Shown here: positions 25,950 through 39,518 of the stretch, piece by piece
How the letters are laid out: each line of letters opens with the position of its first letter
Numbering within the stretch: position 1 is the first letter of the stretch
Origin: Catajapyx aquilonaris
Taxonomy: Eukaryota
Direction: 5' to 3'
NCBI GenBank assembly: GCA_000934665.2
Contig: KZ538215.1
Coordinates: forward strand, 1-64,000
DNA length: 64,000 bases
Program-made: the position numbers and the translations under genes
The notes under the pieces: model-generated
Databases searched by the model: none
Told to the model about the DNA's origin: nothing
Seen by the model: only the letters and a program-made list of their open reading frames with translations

Positions 25950-28387
25950 TCCCCCCCCCCCCCCCCCCACATCTCCCCTTCCATTGGCTTACAGAACTCG
26001 GTTGCTATGTGCCCAAGATGTTTCTCCCTCTCTCCCCTTTTAAGCTCCCCCTATACCCACCCACTCCGCCCCCATCACAAGCACAGCACTCCGGGTCCTC
26101 CTCTAGCACCTTATACCTTTGCTACCAAGCAAGTATGGGGTATCAGGTAGCGAGAAATTGAACTTCAGACCCACCTGACATCCCAACAAACTCATTTCGT
26201 TATTCCCTGCTGCGAAACAACCATTTATCCTAATGCAATCAGGCAGAATTTGTGCGAATAATCCTGCATTTATGTGGCCCAGTTCATTAGCAAAGTATTC
26301 AAAAAGGTGGCACATTCCTATAAGTGCGGTGTGCAATAAAAATCCGTTAATCTGGCTCGTAATATTTCGAAAGTCAACCTCGGATTGTTCGCATTGATCA
26401 TCGATATCCGCAACTGAGAGATTTTTTGCTGCCAGCTTGTTCACACTGCGCCAAGAAATATTTGGTGCAAAATCCAGCCCCAGGCGCATAAAACTACAGC
26501 GAGTAAATGAAGTCATTCTCAATAATATTTCACCTAATACTGTCAACGATGTTTGTTTGCGCTGGAAGTTATCTCTCTGTCCATTGGGTGCGCCACCTCC
26601 ATGCTTAGCCCCGCTCCCCACACACCTTCCTCCGCTAGAGGGTGCTCCACACGCTGCCAGGTGGCGCTCCTGTACAGTTACTGCTCGCTAAGGGTGCACC
26701 TAAGGTGCACACACCACAAGCCATGTAATAAGCAATGTAAATAATAAAGTAGGCATCTACTAGATCCCCCAAAATTACACAACAATGTAAAGAAAAACAA
26801 TTACATCGCTCACAACTTCAACCCTCGCCAAATTTTTTTTGCACAAAAAATAAACCCACCAAAAAACTAAGTGACTGCCAGGACAAATGGAATTTAAATT
26901 GAAATCCTGCGCTTCCCAGCTGCCCCCAAGCTTCCAGCGGGCTGCACTCGCATTTCCCCTGGGTAACTCTACTCATAGCTGTCGCGACAAAGTGAGCAAA
27001 GCAATCATAAGTCCTCGCAGGAATCTGCTGGAAAACAGGCGAGACTGGGGAGGAAAGTCAGAGGGGACCACACTCTATTGAAATGCAATGCTCCGCTCGA
27101 AATATATCGGAATGGAATGAAAATCCAGCTTTCCAATAGATTTTGTGACATGCTATATAGCTCTTTAAAAATAAAAAAAGCTTAAAATCTGACAGCAGCC
27201 AGCTACTCATTTGGCAACAAAAAAAGCGCCAAATCTGGGAGTCGATATTCTGTTCCCTTCTGACGTCTGTCTCTTTTAGGATGAAAAAAAAGGTGCTCTA
27301 GGATGCGTTTGTAGGCTAAGCCATTAGGAAATGGAATCCGTGCATTAATAATAAGGATCTGCAGTATTCGCTAGAGGTCGGAAGGACAAAAGGGCTTGGA
27401 GAGTTTCTCGTCTCTTATATACTTTCCAGGGTGGAAGGCGGCTTTAATCTAGATCCAGTCATCCAGTCATAACGCCTGAATGTCAATTTTTTTGGCAGTG
27501 TTTGGCAACGGATCGAAAAAGCAGTTGATATCTGAATTTCAGGTTCAGCATAACCGTGATCAGAACAAGCCCATGATTGCATAAGTCCACAAGTAAATTA
27601 TATTTACAATCCGATTCCTGTCTGAAAGTCGATTTTTTTAAAAAATCGATCTTTATGAGACAAGGCTACAGTCATCCCCTCCCTATAGACTCCTCATACA
27701 AATAATCGCAGCTCACTTTTTACTAAAAGGCGGTGTCACAAACTTTTCGTCAGCCCTAATGCATACCTATACACAAATCATGGGATTACCGCCCGCGTCT
27801 ACACTCAAGGGCTTCACTTTCACTTCATCACCGGGATTAATCCGTAGATAACCAGATTAGTCTCCTTGGCGATGTCAGCAATATTCCCCTAAGCACCGGT
27901 GAAATACCCGGTCAATACATGTCGCCCCCATCCTCGCTCCAAAAAGGATTCGTCTGTCTTTGTCCTATTAACAGTATTAATACGCCCCGGATTAAAACTG
28001 AGGGCATTATGACGAATAACAATGCCCGCCTTTGTCCGCACTGCTAAACGGCAATAATCTATCCCATCATCATCACCGGCACAACATACTTCCCTGGTAC
28101 TCGACCTCAAATTAGTTTATGGCAGCTGGGGGAAGGGGGGAGGTTGTTTAACCCCACCCCCCCCCCCCTCCCTAACAAAATTCCCTCCCGCTTTTAAACA
28201 ATTCCGACAGATTATTAACGATTCCCCCTCGTGACAGAAGGCTTTCGCCGACGACAATTTTATTCCGCCCATTATATTGTCAAGCCCTGTGTCGGCTGCA
28301 TTAACACTACATTTTTCCGGCTGATGTTTGGTAACATACTTGTCAGATTAATGTCAGACTATGAATGTTGCAATTCGGAGCGGATGA

Positions 28388-28557
28388 CTGCCGTCCCAAG
28401 GAGAAACACCCGAAACTTAAAATCTAGTAAGGGTGCAAGTCGCGTGCCTGCCCTGCACTAATCCCTCCTGGGCCAAGAGGGATTAGTGCAGGGCATGTAC
28501 GCGACTTTCACCCTTACTATAGTTTTGACGTTAGGGTGTTTCTGCTTGGAACGGCAG
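28388..28557. mobile_element. fold-back MITE, family B copy 1
   Basis: CTGCCGT...TAGTAAGGGTGCAAGTCGCG...TGCCCTGCACTAATCCC-loop-GGGATTAGTGCAGGGCA...CACCCTTACTA...ACGGCAG; flanks ATGA/ATGT; homologous to 54934-55098. Confidence 0.85.
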
Positions 28558-31500
28558 ATGTCGGGTCAAAAATGACGCAATCTTCAGCCAATGGCGTCAA
28601 AGCAAGTGGCGCTACACTGTTCCTGACTGGTCGATGGCGTCCAAGGCAGTTCAGTGATGTCTTCCGCGCCAATAGCATCACAGCCCTCGATATCACTGGC
28701 TCAAGGCCAAATATCGCACTCAGCTTGCGACGTCACCCTTCGTTTGGCTGAAATCAGACGGAGCCCTATGGGGATTCGTGCCTGCAGTAAAATGTTACAA
28801 AGATCCGGAAAGCAAGCAATTCAATGTTAGAAAAAAAAAGTTCACACCTATCAGAAATTCCTCATCATTTTAGTCTCCAATTTATTTCAGTTACAATTTT
28901 GTACGATATCACATTCATTTTAGCGACCAAACTGATTTTCAAAGCAGATTTTTTTTGAATTTTACAAAAATTGTACAGGATATCTACCATATGTAACCAA
29001 ACGCTTGGTGTTGGTTTCATGAATTTTTCATTTGCAAATAACACCTTACCTACTGGCTGCAAGTGTCTAGTGCTGTACAAGTACCACTACATCCTTCAGT
29101 TCGATGTAACAATGAAGAGTGTTATATCATGTGCTATCTCACTATTGAATTGGCCAAAACCGAGTCTATCCCCCCCCCCCTCCTTTTCCAGCTTCCACTC
29201 CCGGCTAGAAGTCGATTAGGCTTAGCCAAGTCTCCCCTCCTTCCCCCTAATCTTTTTCCTCTCTGAATTCAGCTCCACCCTTGGCAGCACAATTTCCCTT
29301 GTTCACCGCACCAAACATGCAATGAAACGGCGCCATTGATTTTCACTCTCCCCCCCTTCATTTTGCCCCTGCTACAGGACCACTCAGATTGATGGAGACG
29401 ATGATGATTGGCTGCCTGTTCAAGGCGACGGTGCACGACGGTTGGCATACCTTTTCCGGATGTGGACGAAAAGGATCGTTGTGGCTCAGACAAAAAACCC
29501 ATTTCGCCTAATCACGTTTCGCCGACTTGGCAAGTTCCAGGGTTCGTGCCCCGAATATCTCATTCAGTTAAAACCGTAAAAATATATATATTTTACTAGG
29601 TACATGTAAGTAAATATGGTGCACTTTCTGAATAAAATCATTTAAATGGTAAAACCTTCGTTGCATATATGGTGCTGCGTCAAAATCACATACGCACATT
29701 TCCCATTATCATAACTCATTTCGGAAAATTGCTATTAGACAAAACGGACAGGAATCCACGTTTTACAGTCCATCCCGCTCTCTTTCACGACCCTTCATTA
29801 GCATGGGTGCAACCGAGAGTAATTTATAAATGTGCTAAATACCCAGTTTAGAATGGCAAGAAAATGTGCGGGGGACCCAAACCGTGAAAATTTCGACATT
29901 AATGGGGCCCGGCTCATTTTCTGTAGCTGCCAACAGCTCAAAGCTACATTTTATTGATCCCTCAAAGGCATAACAAAATGTTCATTCTTCCCGGTGTATT
30001 AATGGATTTTGCCTTTTCCCTATTCGGGCCCTTTTTAGTGATGTCCAATGTCATAAGGACAGGCGTAATAATCCTCCCGAGGAGATTATTACCCCATCAA
30101 GCATTGTTCTGCCCCGCAAAACAGTCCGGTGTGAATAATCGGACCCGAAAGATTCCTCTGGAAGTAATCCGAGCACGTGATTTGATATAACGCCGCATCA
30201 GTCAAAGCGCCTGGCCGCTTTCTGACAATGCTAACCATAATGACCCTTGATATACTGGATTGCCCCCACAAAAAATTGAGCATCTTTCCTCTTCCGGTAA
30301 TAGAAGCAAAAAATGGGGATGTTGCAATATTTTTTTTGATATGCCATAGACATTTTCCAATTATCAATTCCATGATTAATCAGCCCAGTATATTGCGCAG
30401 CAAAATATCCCCTATTATACGTCTCAACTGACCTGCCACACAACAAGCAGGCTTATAGTCAATAACCCCACTTCTCCTGGTGCTTATCAAGTACTTGCAC
30501 ACTTGAGGTTGCAATATGCTCACCAGCCTCCCCCCCCCCTCCTCCCTCCACCCCAACTCATCAACACCCACCATCATTAAACAAGAGTTCACTATACCCC
30601 CATTGCGATCGATTGGCCGAGAGCCTCACTCCAATTGCACCCATACATTTTTCGCCTCCCACCTCCCCATAGAAATGAGGAGCGAAAAGTGGGGGAGGGA
30701 GGGGAATATCAGGGAATATTGGATGGATGGGGATAGTTGTGGCACAGTCATTATCGCCGCACAGTGTGGCGCAATGTGAAAAATTATACCCACGTCCCCT
30801 GCTGAATGTGCTTCGGACCTCAACTTGATGAAAATTTTCGAAGCGTCGATCGGACTTGAAAAGACATCATTTTCTTCCATAATTATTATTTAACCTCCCG
30901 CACACCGAATGTATATTGCAATTAGTCACGCCGAATTCCATGCCTAAATGTGTGTGTGTTTTTTTTAACATGGTGCTGATGACATGCTTGACATTTCATG
31001 CAGTTTAAAAACTCGCGTGCGTTTCTCGCTCCGCATTGCATCACGCCCGCTTCTTATGGCAGAGGTGCCGTACCCTGTCGTGCGTCACGTGCCAAGGAGT
31101 CACAAAAGCCAGGTTGCACCCTTTTTTTAAAAAAAAAAAAAATCGCGACCTACAACGAAGGTCGCGGTTGCGACACTGAAAAAAAACTGTCACTAAAAAT
31201 AACCTCCTGATTGCCAGGCGCGTGGGTGTTATATTTAAAAAATGAAGCCTGTTTTGTCATCTGGAGCAGCACAGTAGCTTCTCATTAAATCTAAAACAGG
31301 TGCGTAGGCAGCTATGGCGGGGGCGGCGTCCTATGGAAACCCGGTTTCCACGGCGACCACACCTGCAGGATTCACCCCCTCCATGTATACCTCCCATCCT
31401 CCCACTCCCAGGGCCCCCTAAAGTTACGCCTAATTACAGGCCTTTTAAGACGACGCGCGCCTAAACGACAGTGTCAATCAGACCTTGTTGTCTGTACCTG

Positions 31501-34326
31501 ACAGTAAAATCAGACCAGTAAATATGCCATGAAATCAAAGCCCAACCGGTCTATTTTTCGGAAATAAGTCTGTCGCGGCAAGAGCATACCGCTTTAGAAT
31601 TCTCACAAAATAAAAAGCATTCCGAAAGTCCCTTTGAAAAATGCAGGCCGGTGAACCTACACTGTTACTAAAATAACAGCTCCCTTACAAAATGGAAAGC
31701 AAACCAAGCAATTTTCTCAAGTTGACGCTGCTTATTCCCTGTCACGATTTGATACACTCTATTCTTCTGTGTACTCTACTAAAACACTTGCACGTTCCGA
31801 ATAGCCGTCACCTACTTCCGGTTAGATATACTCAGCCCCGTCGTATCTTCCTGCACCGCAAAAATGAAGATTAGTGAAACCGGACAGACTGCCATTTTTA
31901 TCGGGTTTCCCCATTATGGCACAGGACCCAAGCTTTTGTTCATTTACTAAGTGACAACAGGTTACTCAACCCATGAAATGCGTCGGTGTCCAATGACTAT
32001 CCCACACATCTTCCAACTTCACTCGGACAGTCCAAGAATACACCCAGGGCCGTTGCGGTTCTCGGCTGTAAACGTTCACAAGTGGTTAGTGAGCTATTTT
32101 AATGCTCCGTGCTCTTCACGTTAATTGGATATGCTTTCTGTCCACTTTCAAGTGCGACTGGGTACACACAAAAAAGAGGGCAACATGCAATTCATGTGCA
32201 ACCGTGATTTGTGAGCAGTCCCTTTTGCATCGGGTGGACCCAGATGCATACAGGAATCGATATGTGCGCCACAAAAGGAAGTATTATCGCTGCTGGCGCG
32301 GGGGGGGGGNGGGGGGGGGGGCATGTGGAGAAATCGCAACCAGACCCTGATAAAAGCTTGCCTTACTTTCCTCAAGTTGACTAGACTTCACTGCCATCGG
32401 TGATCAATTAAAATTATCTAGATTCGAAGTGTTGCCTATCGTGCCGTACTCATTTCGGATACTGCGCTATTGAGTAACATGTCCATATCGGGTAGAGCCA
32501 CACTGGGCGCGACCCTACACCTACAGGGTGATTCAATGGACACACTGTGGTAACTTCAGGTCACAATTGTCTAACTCCTCGAATACACACAGGAAGCAGT
32601 GAAGCAACATGTAAAACAGCAGTGAGAAAGTATGGCTCTACAATTTTTACTCAGAGCAACTTTAAAAATACCATACTATCTGAAAATGTCACAGTAAAAA
32701 AAAGGCAGTTAAAAAAACCTCGACGGTAGTAAAAACGTTACATCACGGCCGGGTCCGATACAAAAACCTAACTGTCGGTGCTGCTTCATGAAGCATGAAA
32801 TATTCTTGGAAAACATTACATGCAAGGGGCCAAGGTTTGCGCTGTCAAAACGTAATTGCTACCTTCCGCCCACCTTTTATTTTCTTTCAACATTATTATT
32901 TTTTTCTTTCTTCAACTCTTCACACTCACACCCGCCTTGGTACGATAACTCCGCGGGACTCGTCTGTCACGCTTGAAACCTAAAGCGATTGATAACGGGG
33001 TCGGACCTGTCACCAAACATGCGGCATGTCACTCTTTGAGTGGAACCAGATATGTGGACAACTCCAGGTCACTCCAGGTCGCACGACATAACCTTGAGAG
33101 GTGTCCTCCAACGGTATAATTCATTGTCACAGTGCCGGTTGTATCAGCACAATTGATGACAAATCCCCTATTATGTACAGGTGTTCAAAATTAATAGCAA
33201 CAGCTCTTCTCCAAGTTGAGTCAAACCATTAACTTGTGCCTGCTAAACCCTACAAACCGCAACATGGCCGAGCTTAGGAGTCGAAACCACGTGTTATGCA
33301 CGCTTCCATGGTCTTCACACGCAAGCCTTTAACCCCCTAGTTCGACACCTGTCCTCGTTACATATTTGCACACTTACACACATGCCAATCAAGCTCAATG
33401 TATTCAAAACCCTGCCGCCTCAAACTAATCAGCACCGTGATCAATCCCTCACAAAACGACTTGTCGAGGCGTGAATGGGAATGGTTATGACTGCATAAAA
33501 GGGACCCTAACCGATACTCTACCAGTTCCGCTCATTGACATAACAATACATCGTGAAGAGGCTCGTAAGACCGCAGGGGAGATTCCCTGGGGCGGGTTGG
33601 CAACCCTTCAAAGTCCGACAGCCAATAAGGTCGTTATTATGATAAGGAGTTATGCAGCCCTCAATTCGGTGTGTCAACTCATTTTCTCCAAGTGCAGGAG
33701 GGGGGAAAAAAAAGAAGACCACGACTGTCCCACCAACCATGTCACAGCGTCCTGCTGGCCTATGACCTGAGTGATGTTTGGGCATGTCCACGTGGTTGTC
33801 GGCTATTGTGGAAGAGAGTGTGGTGTGACACTCTCTATGGGGTACGTTCATGTTGGCATCAAAGGCTCTCAAAAAGTCAAAATATGTCTGTCAACAAAAC
33901 TGATCTGCTTTATGCAGGGTGAAAGGACGGCCGATGGGGTCAAACCTTGCAGCCAAACGTGGGATCCCAGTTTTTTTAAAAACGGGTGCTTCCTAGTTAA
34001 TTGTTTCAACTGTATTGCAGATTCGCAGTGGAATATTACACTAATATATCATCTGGGCTGCGTTAACAGTATTCATTTCATGCCCCTGCCACTCACTCAA
34101 GTGCTAGGTCATCTGCTTAGATATACATGCCTTAGATCAGAATACACCTATTACAGCGGTTGAGATATTGATATCAATGCATCAATATATAGGTAGGTGG
34201 TGCCAGCAAATGACCTTCCTGGGCAGGAATCTGAAAAAGGTCTTTCCACCCTTGTGAACCAGATGCCAGGTATAAAACATTCTGTAAGGGAAGGTCGCCC
34301 CTTTTCCCTTCAAACATGTCTTTGCG

Positions 34327-34330
<4 letters not shown>

Positions 34331-34374
<44 letters not shown>
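34331..34374. repeat. poly(A) tract, 44 nt
   Basis: Homopolymer run. Confidence 0.95.
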
Positions 34375-34375
<1 letters not shown>

Positions 34376-35375
34376 AGCACTGGTTTCCTATTTGAACGGC
34401 TGCAGTGCTCCCATCCGCTGGTAAGCTCTCATGTGAACCCAACCTTCCCTTTCCTCTTCCCTCTCTCCACATTTTAAATGCAAATACAGTGGACATTAAA
34501 ATGCCTGTTACATAATGCCACTTGTACCCTCCATACAGCGCAGCCATTATTTTTGTGACCGGACTTTCCAGCGTCCCCAGTGCACGAGCTTTTAGAAGGT
34601 CCATTCAACTCCACTGGTAGTTTCCATGATTAATATTTCGGATTGGGGTCAGTTTATGTAGTGCATAATCTGCGCATAAAGTGAGGTTGAGAGATCCAAT
34701 GTCGTTAATTTTACCCAAAACAGATGGGTGTTCTTACCTTATCATGCGATATTGCGTTGCACTCATCAATTGCACATCTGTAAGGAATAAATGTTGCATC
34801 AAGTTACATGGCAGAGTAATGTTACATTGTGGTACATCATTGTGCAATGTTGCAAATAAGGTAATTGGCTAATTTCACATCTGCTGCACTCGTAAGCAAC
34901 CTTAATTAAAATCTATAGCCTGCAACAATTAAGAGTGAACTACAGTGTACAACTCGCCACATACTGCAGATAATTAATTATGCAAGAGTTCCTTCTCTCG
35001 GGACTCTACAATTTCATATTTTTAAATGGAGCACTATAATCAGAACACACAACTTGTAAGAGTAAGTGGAGCATGTCCTTTCTTCAAGTGTTGCTTCACT
35101 TTGTGCTTGCTTCTAATCAAGTCATGCTATGCTGCATTGTATTTAGCTTTATGAACACAGGGATGATTCAATATCTCGACCGGTCTATGGCACAATCTAA
35201 CATTTATGACTCACATAGTTTAGCAATGTGAAGTGTGAGAAACCACAACATGCTATCATGTCCACAGAACTATTAATAGTATTTTGAATACATTTCTAGA
35301 ACTCCCAACTGCTTTACATAACTATACATAGGGCTGCTGACTCCATATAGATAGGGCATTATCACTGCAGTTATT

Positions 35376-35703
35376 TATTTTTTTTTCATTACCCCATTGG
35401 GAGTTACATTTCCTTTAGGGGGGTGGAATACCACCATTTGGGTGGAACCGGTATACTAAGATAGTATTTAGTGTGTTCCAAGGGTAAGTAGGAGGGGATG
35501 TGCAAAGTGCGTGTGCAATGTCGTTGATGTGCCGTTTTGTGAACTCCCCCGGGTGGCATATGTGAAAGGATCGCCACCCGAAACGAAGCCAGAGACGGTC
35601 TCACTCTGCACGTAAGAAGGTGGGAACCCCGGGTGGGGATTGAACCCGGGACCTTAACTTCCGTGGGCGCACGCGTTACCGCGGCGCCACTCCGTCTCCC
35701 TGA
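35376..35703 (-). mobile_element. full-length tRNA-derived SINE with 13-bp TSD
   Basis: Minus-strand head GGGAGACGGAGTGGCGCCGCGGTAACGCG...GGGTTCAATCCCC (A/B boxes) and A-rich tail; perfect TSD CACTGCAGTTATT at 35363-35375 and 35704-35716. Confidence 0.9.
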
Positions 35704-37682
35704 CACTGCAGTTATTCTTTAATTTTTCTTTTGCATGATGTCTCAAGATCTACTAGATCACAAATTACCAAGAGATCACTTTAATTCAAAGTAATGAGTA
35801 ACTAAAATCAATGTCTCATAGGGCCGTTAACTGATCAAGGTGCAAAGTCAAGTAATTATCTCTCGCAAGCAGTGCCCAATAACTTACAATGCAAGGCTCA
35901 TTAGCTTGCTGCTTACCAACCATGCCTAAACAGTCTTCTAATTCATGGCCATAAACCTCAACACAACCACTTGACTTGCACGCCCTATACCTGCCAAGAT
36001 CCCTTCGCACTGTACTACAATGTTCCCAATGATGTGCCAAAACATGAAATCACATAATTATCATGATATCATTTCGTGGAATTGTTGTTATTTAACATGA
36101 CCACATCAGCATTCTCTTAGTGATCCAAGCCACAAATGGAGGCGAGTTCTCAAACACAGGGTCACACAACCATCAATTACTGTAGTACATTCCACCTCTC
36201 TCAAAAGACCATCTGCATCTCTCAGGTGGCAATCACCTTGAAAACGCCCATTGCAGTTACATTATCTGTAACATCTACCATCAAGAGGGGATAGTCACTT
36301 CTATAACTGGTTGTAAACAGTCTTGCTTGAACATAACACCAAGCATTTTACTGAGCACTTGAAAGCATGACTACCTTCTTCTGTCTAAGACTTTGAATGC
36401 ATATCCTACTTGTCCTTAATTACACCCCACTTACATGCCTTTCCATCACCAAAAGGGTCATCTCTATTGACCCCACACTATCTCTCCCTTCATGTCCTCA
36501 TTGCTGAAAGCTGATGTAAATGAACTATGGTATCTCTGATACAAAAATCATGTTGACATATGGAGAGCACGAGACCACAACCAATAACTTGATTGTCTGC
36601 CAATCAAGTTGTTGCATGTGTCAATTACAAGTTGTTCTGACTTCCAACTAGGCGAGTCTCTTAGAGCTCCATGTAAGCTTACTTCATCTACCTCTTCATG
36701 CTAAGAAGCCTGTAATACTTGTCATAAAATACTACCCTAACAAATCTAACATTGTACATTTCCATAGCCACAACACCCTTGGGCATGGCCAGTGAATACT
36801 TTTTCCGGGCCCAACTACCAAAGGAATCTAACACCTGAGGAGCTCCCCACTCTCATTGTCATTTCCCTCCACAAAGGACACTGAAATGTCAATAAAGCTG
36901 CTGCAGACCACATTACAAAATGCGACACCCACTGCATATGGCACAATGTAGCCTCCAGCAAAGCTGTCAGTAGCATGACAGCATGTACTTCTGGTTTACA
37001 TTCCTGACAACAGCCAGGTACCACAGTGACCATTGACAACTGCTGACACCCACCCAGGCCAACTGCTGTCAAACCTTTCTGGCGCCCCCATCCTCATGCA
37101 ATATTCAGTCAGGTGTCTGGAAGTAGTGTACCCCCAGTCAGTGGATCCACACAGCACACAACTGGTCCTAAAATGTGTGTGTGGGCCACCCCCCTACCCG
37201 GTCCTAGACCCGCCCTAACCACCACCAGGCGGGGGAAGGCGGGGGGGAAAAGGAGGGTGGAGGGCAACGGCAGGGGGCAAACACCCGAACCCACGATCGA
37301 AAGTTGATCCACCTACCCTCCCCCCCCCCTACCCCTCTACCTACCCTCTCCCCCCTCCCCCCCACCTCTTCTCATCTACCCTCTTCCTCCCACCGTGTAC
37401 CATCACACACAGGGAGGATGGGGGTGGTTGGGTTGGCAAAAACTATCTAGACATACATATATTTTGGGGTTGGGTCACACTCCGGGTGGAATGGAGGGGG
37501 AGGCTGGCTGACATTAGGGGGGGGAAGTAGGTGGACAGGTCCTACAGAATAATAATAAAAAATTTGTGTTCCAGCGAATGCTCAAATGGTGGTGGGACGG
37601 AACGGACTTACCTGGGGTGTGTACCGCCTGGGGTGGACCGCTGTTTCCCGGAAAACAACGCGATTTAAAAAACACCACTCAC

Positions 37683-38030
37683 ACTACAACCAAGCCCCAA
37701 ACGCCATATTGGACGGCCCGATCGACGCTCCCGAAGGGGGATGTAAGACGGGCTGCGATTGGCCCGACGGATCGGGGGGATCGGGACGGGCCCCTCTGTC
37801 GGGGCAAGGGCCGGCCGGGACCTCGGGGTGGAGAAAGGGAAGGGAAGGGAAAATACCCGGGGTGCTGATCTGTATGCGGGTCGGTCTGGGTCGCGGGTGT
37901 GGGCCCGGGGCGGTGTTTGCGAGGGGGCCAATCGGGGGCGGGGACACTGGGAGATGGTCGGGTATTGATTGGGACCTGGCTGGACAGGGGGCACCACCGG
38001 ATTGAACATTCAAGTTCAGCTAGCAGCCGG
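37683..38030 (-). other. probable non-coding first exon of the p190 RhoGAP gene
   Basis: CpG/GC-rich block next to the TMEM141 promoter, ending in a minus-strand GTGAGT donor (actcac, 37677-37682). The link to the 6399 acceptor is inferred. Confidence 0.5.
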
Positions 38031-38345
38031 CTGGTTGCGTATTAAACTTGACGGGAATTATCTTGATATTAATTAACTAATGGCGGGGGTGTCATGCTGA
38101 CATGATGATTAGGTCCGGGTCGGTGGGATTAGTGTGTTCAGGATAAATGTACCGGTACCAAAAATGTATGCACAACCTGCGTAGTCTGAAGGGGAGGCTC
38201 ATCATGCAATTATCGTAAATGAGCCATGATTAAATCCGGTGTACTGTAGCTGATCACATTTTTAGTAGAATTTCATGTGACATCCCGGTGACATCCACGT
38301 GAGATTACTTCCAGTGACGTCATCCAAGATGGCTGCGCACATGTT
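38030..38345. promoter_or_regulatory. putative bidirectional promoter (p190 RhoGAP / TMEM141-GTPBP6)
   Basis: CpG-rich; TCATGTGAC (38273), CACGTGA (38296), TGACGTCA (38315) and YY1-like CAAGATGGCTGC (38325). Confidence 0.6.
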
Positions 38346-38389
38346 GCCGAGTCGTTGGTTTTGGTGAGGAGAAGGAGCGAGAAGGAGCG

Positions 38390-39518
38390 ATGCAGGACAT
38401 GAACAGGGTGGTGAAGGAAGCCGAAGAGAAGTACCCAGCCTTTGGCAGCTACACCGAATGCATGTCCAGGGCGTTGCTCAGCGGTCTATCAGCATTTGCA
38501 CTCGGTACAAAAGCCACGTGCTCGTAGTGTGCACCTGATATTCATTCCAGTTCGGATGTTTCACTGCAATGCCATCCTCAATCAGAATGTGCAACCGGAA
38601 GAGCACGTTTCATGTGATTTTTTAGTGCATTATTCGGAAATAAACTCCAATATTAGGTAGCGACAAAATATCTCCTTAGAACTTAGATATGCATGTAGTT
38701 TTTCCTGGAGAAAAATCATAAGTAATTGAATGACCTGATAAAGCAGGGATAAATAAAAAATTTCGAGACAGCACTAATGGCCGGTTTCACCAAGCCCGGT
38801 TTTCATAAAATCTCCGGTTCTTTCGGAAAATCCATGCAAATAGAATAGGGATTTTCCGAAAGAACCGGGGTTTTTATGAAAACCAGGCTTGGTGAAACTG
38901 GCCATAACTGACATGAAGATACCCCTCTAAAGATTTCCCCTATTCTGGGGAAGCGCCAGAAGAGCTTATAGATTGCCTTATCCCAAGAATAGCAATTTAT
39001 AATGCAAATCCATTAAAGATTCTACTTCACAAAAGTACACTGAACAATGAAATACATCACCTTGGACTTCAGCCCTTGTTCTGTTGTGTCATTTAATTGT
39101 TTTTCTTGCTTCCTTTTCATCAAGGGGTTAACCACTTTGGTACTCCGGTGTACAGCTGCAGTGGTACTCCCAGGTACTCCTTAGGTACCTTACTCTTTGG
39201 TACTCCAGTGTACACTTTACACTCGAGTGGTTAACCCCTTGCTTTTCACCATACAAATGCTGTGTAACAGTTTAGTTGTGTAGTTCATGGACTGCCTCAC
39301 TATGATAATATGCAGTAATCAACCACTTGAATCTAGCCTTTTCAGGCACTTACTTGGTCCAGTCCGTTAATGCCCGAAGCCTGCCATACGGTGCCAAAGG
39401 CTTTGTGCTTGTGGCCAGCTTTGCTGGAGTTGCTGCCTCATACCACATCACAGCCAAGCGCACTAGGGCATGCCAGCGTGCTTGGGTCAAAGCAGACGGG
39501 ATAAAAGATGACTTCTAA
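38390..39518 (+). CDS. TMEM141: transmembrane protein 141 homolog
   Basis: Exons 38390-38504 and 39337-39518 (phase-1 GT-AG) give MQDMNRVVKEAEEKYPAFGSYTECMSRALLSGLSAFALAFSGTYLVQSVNARSLPYGAKGFVLVASFAGVAASYHITAKRTRACQRAWVKADGIKDDF*. This matches the TMEM141 pattern K.P..G.Y..C.S.A / PY / SY..T.....C...W with two hydrophobic segments. The spliced ORF is missing from the ORF track. Confidence 0.85.
38778..38904. mobile_element. PIF/Harbinger (Tourist-like) MITE in the TMEM141 intron
   Basis: TAA|TGGCCGGTTTCACCAAGCC...GGCTTGGTGAAACTGGCCA|TAA; almost fully palindromic with a 3-bp TAA TSD. Confidence 0.88.
39132..39230. mobile_element. small TTAA-flanked inverted-repeat element (piggyBac-like MITE candidate)
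   Basis: TTAA|CCACT...AGTGG|TTAA with several internal GGTACTCC motifs. Confidence 0.5.

Noticed and set aside
35640..35703. tRNA gene
   Set aside because: It is the head of a SINE with body, tail and TSD; the same applies to 55650-55722.
37566..38013. Several overlapping Gly/Pro/Arg-rich ORFs
   Set aside because: Expected in a GC-rich promoter or 5' UTR block; no domain similarity.
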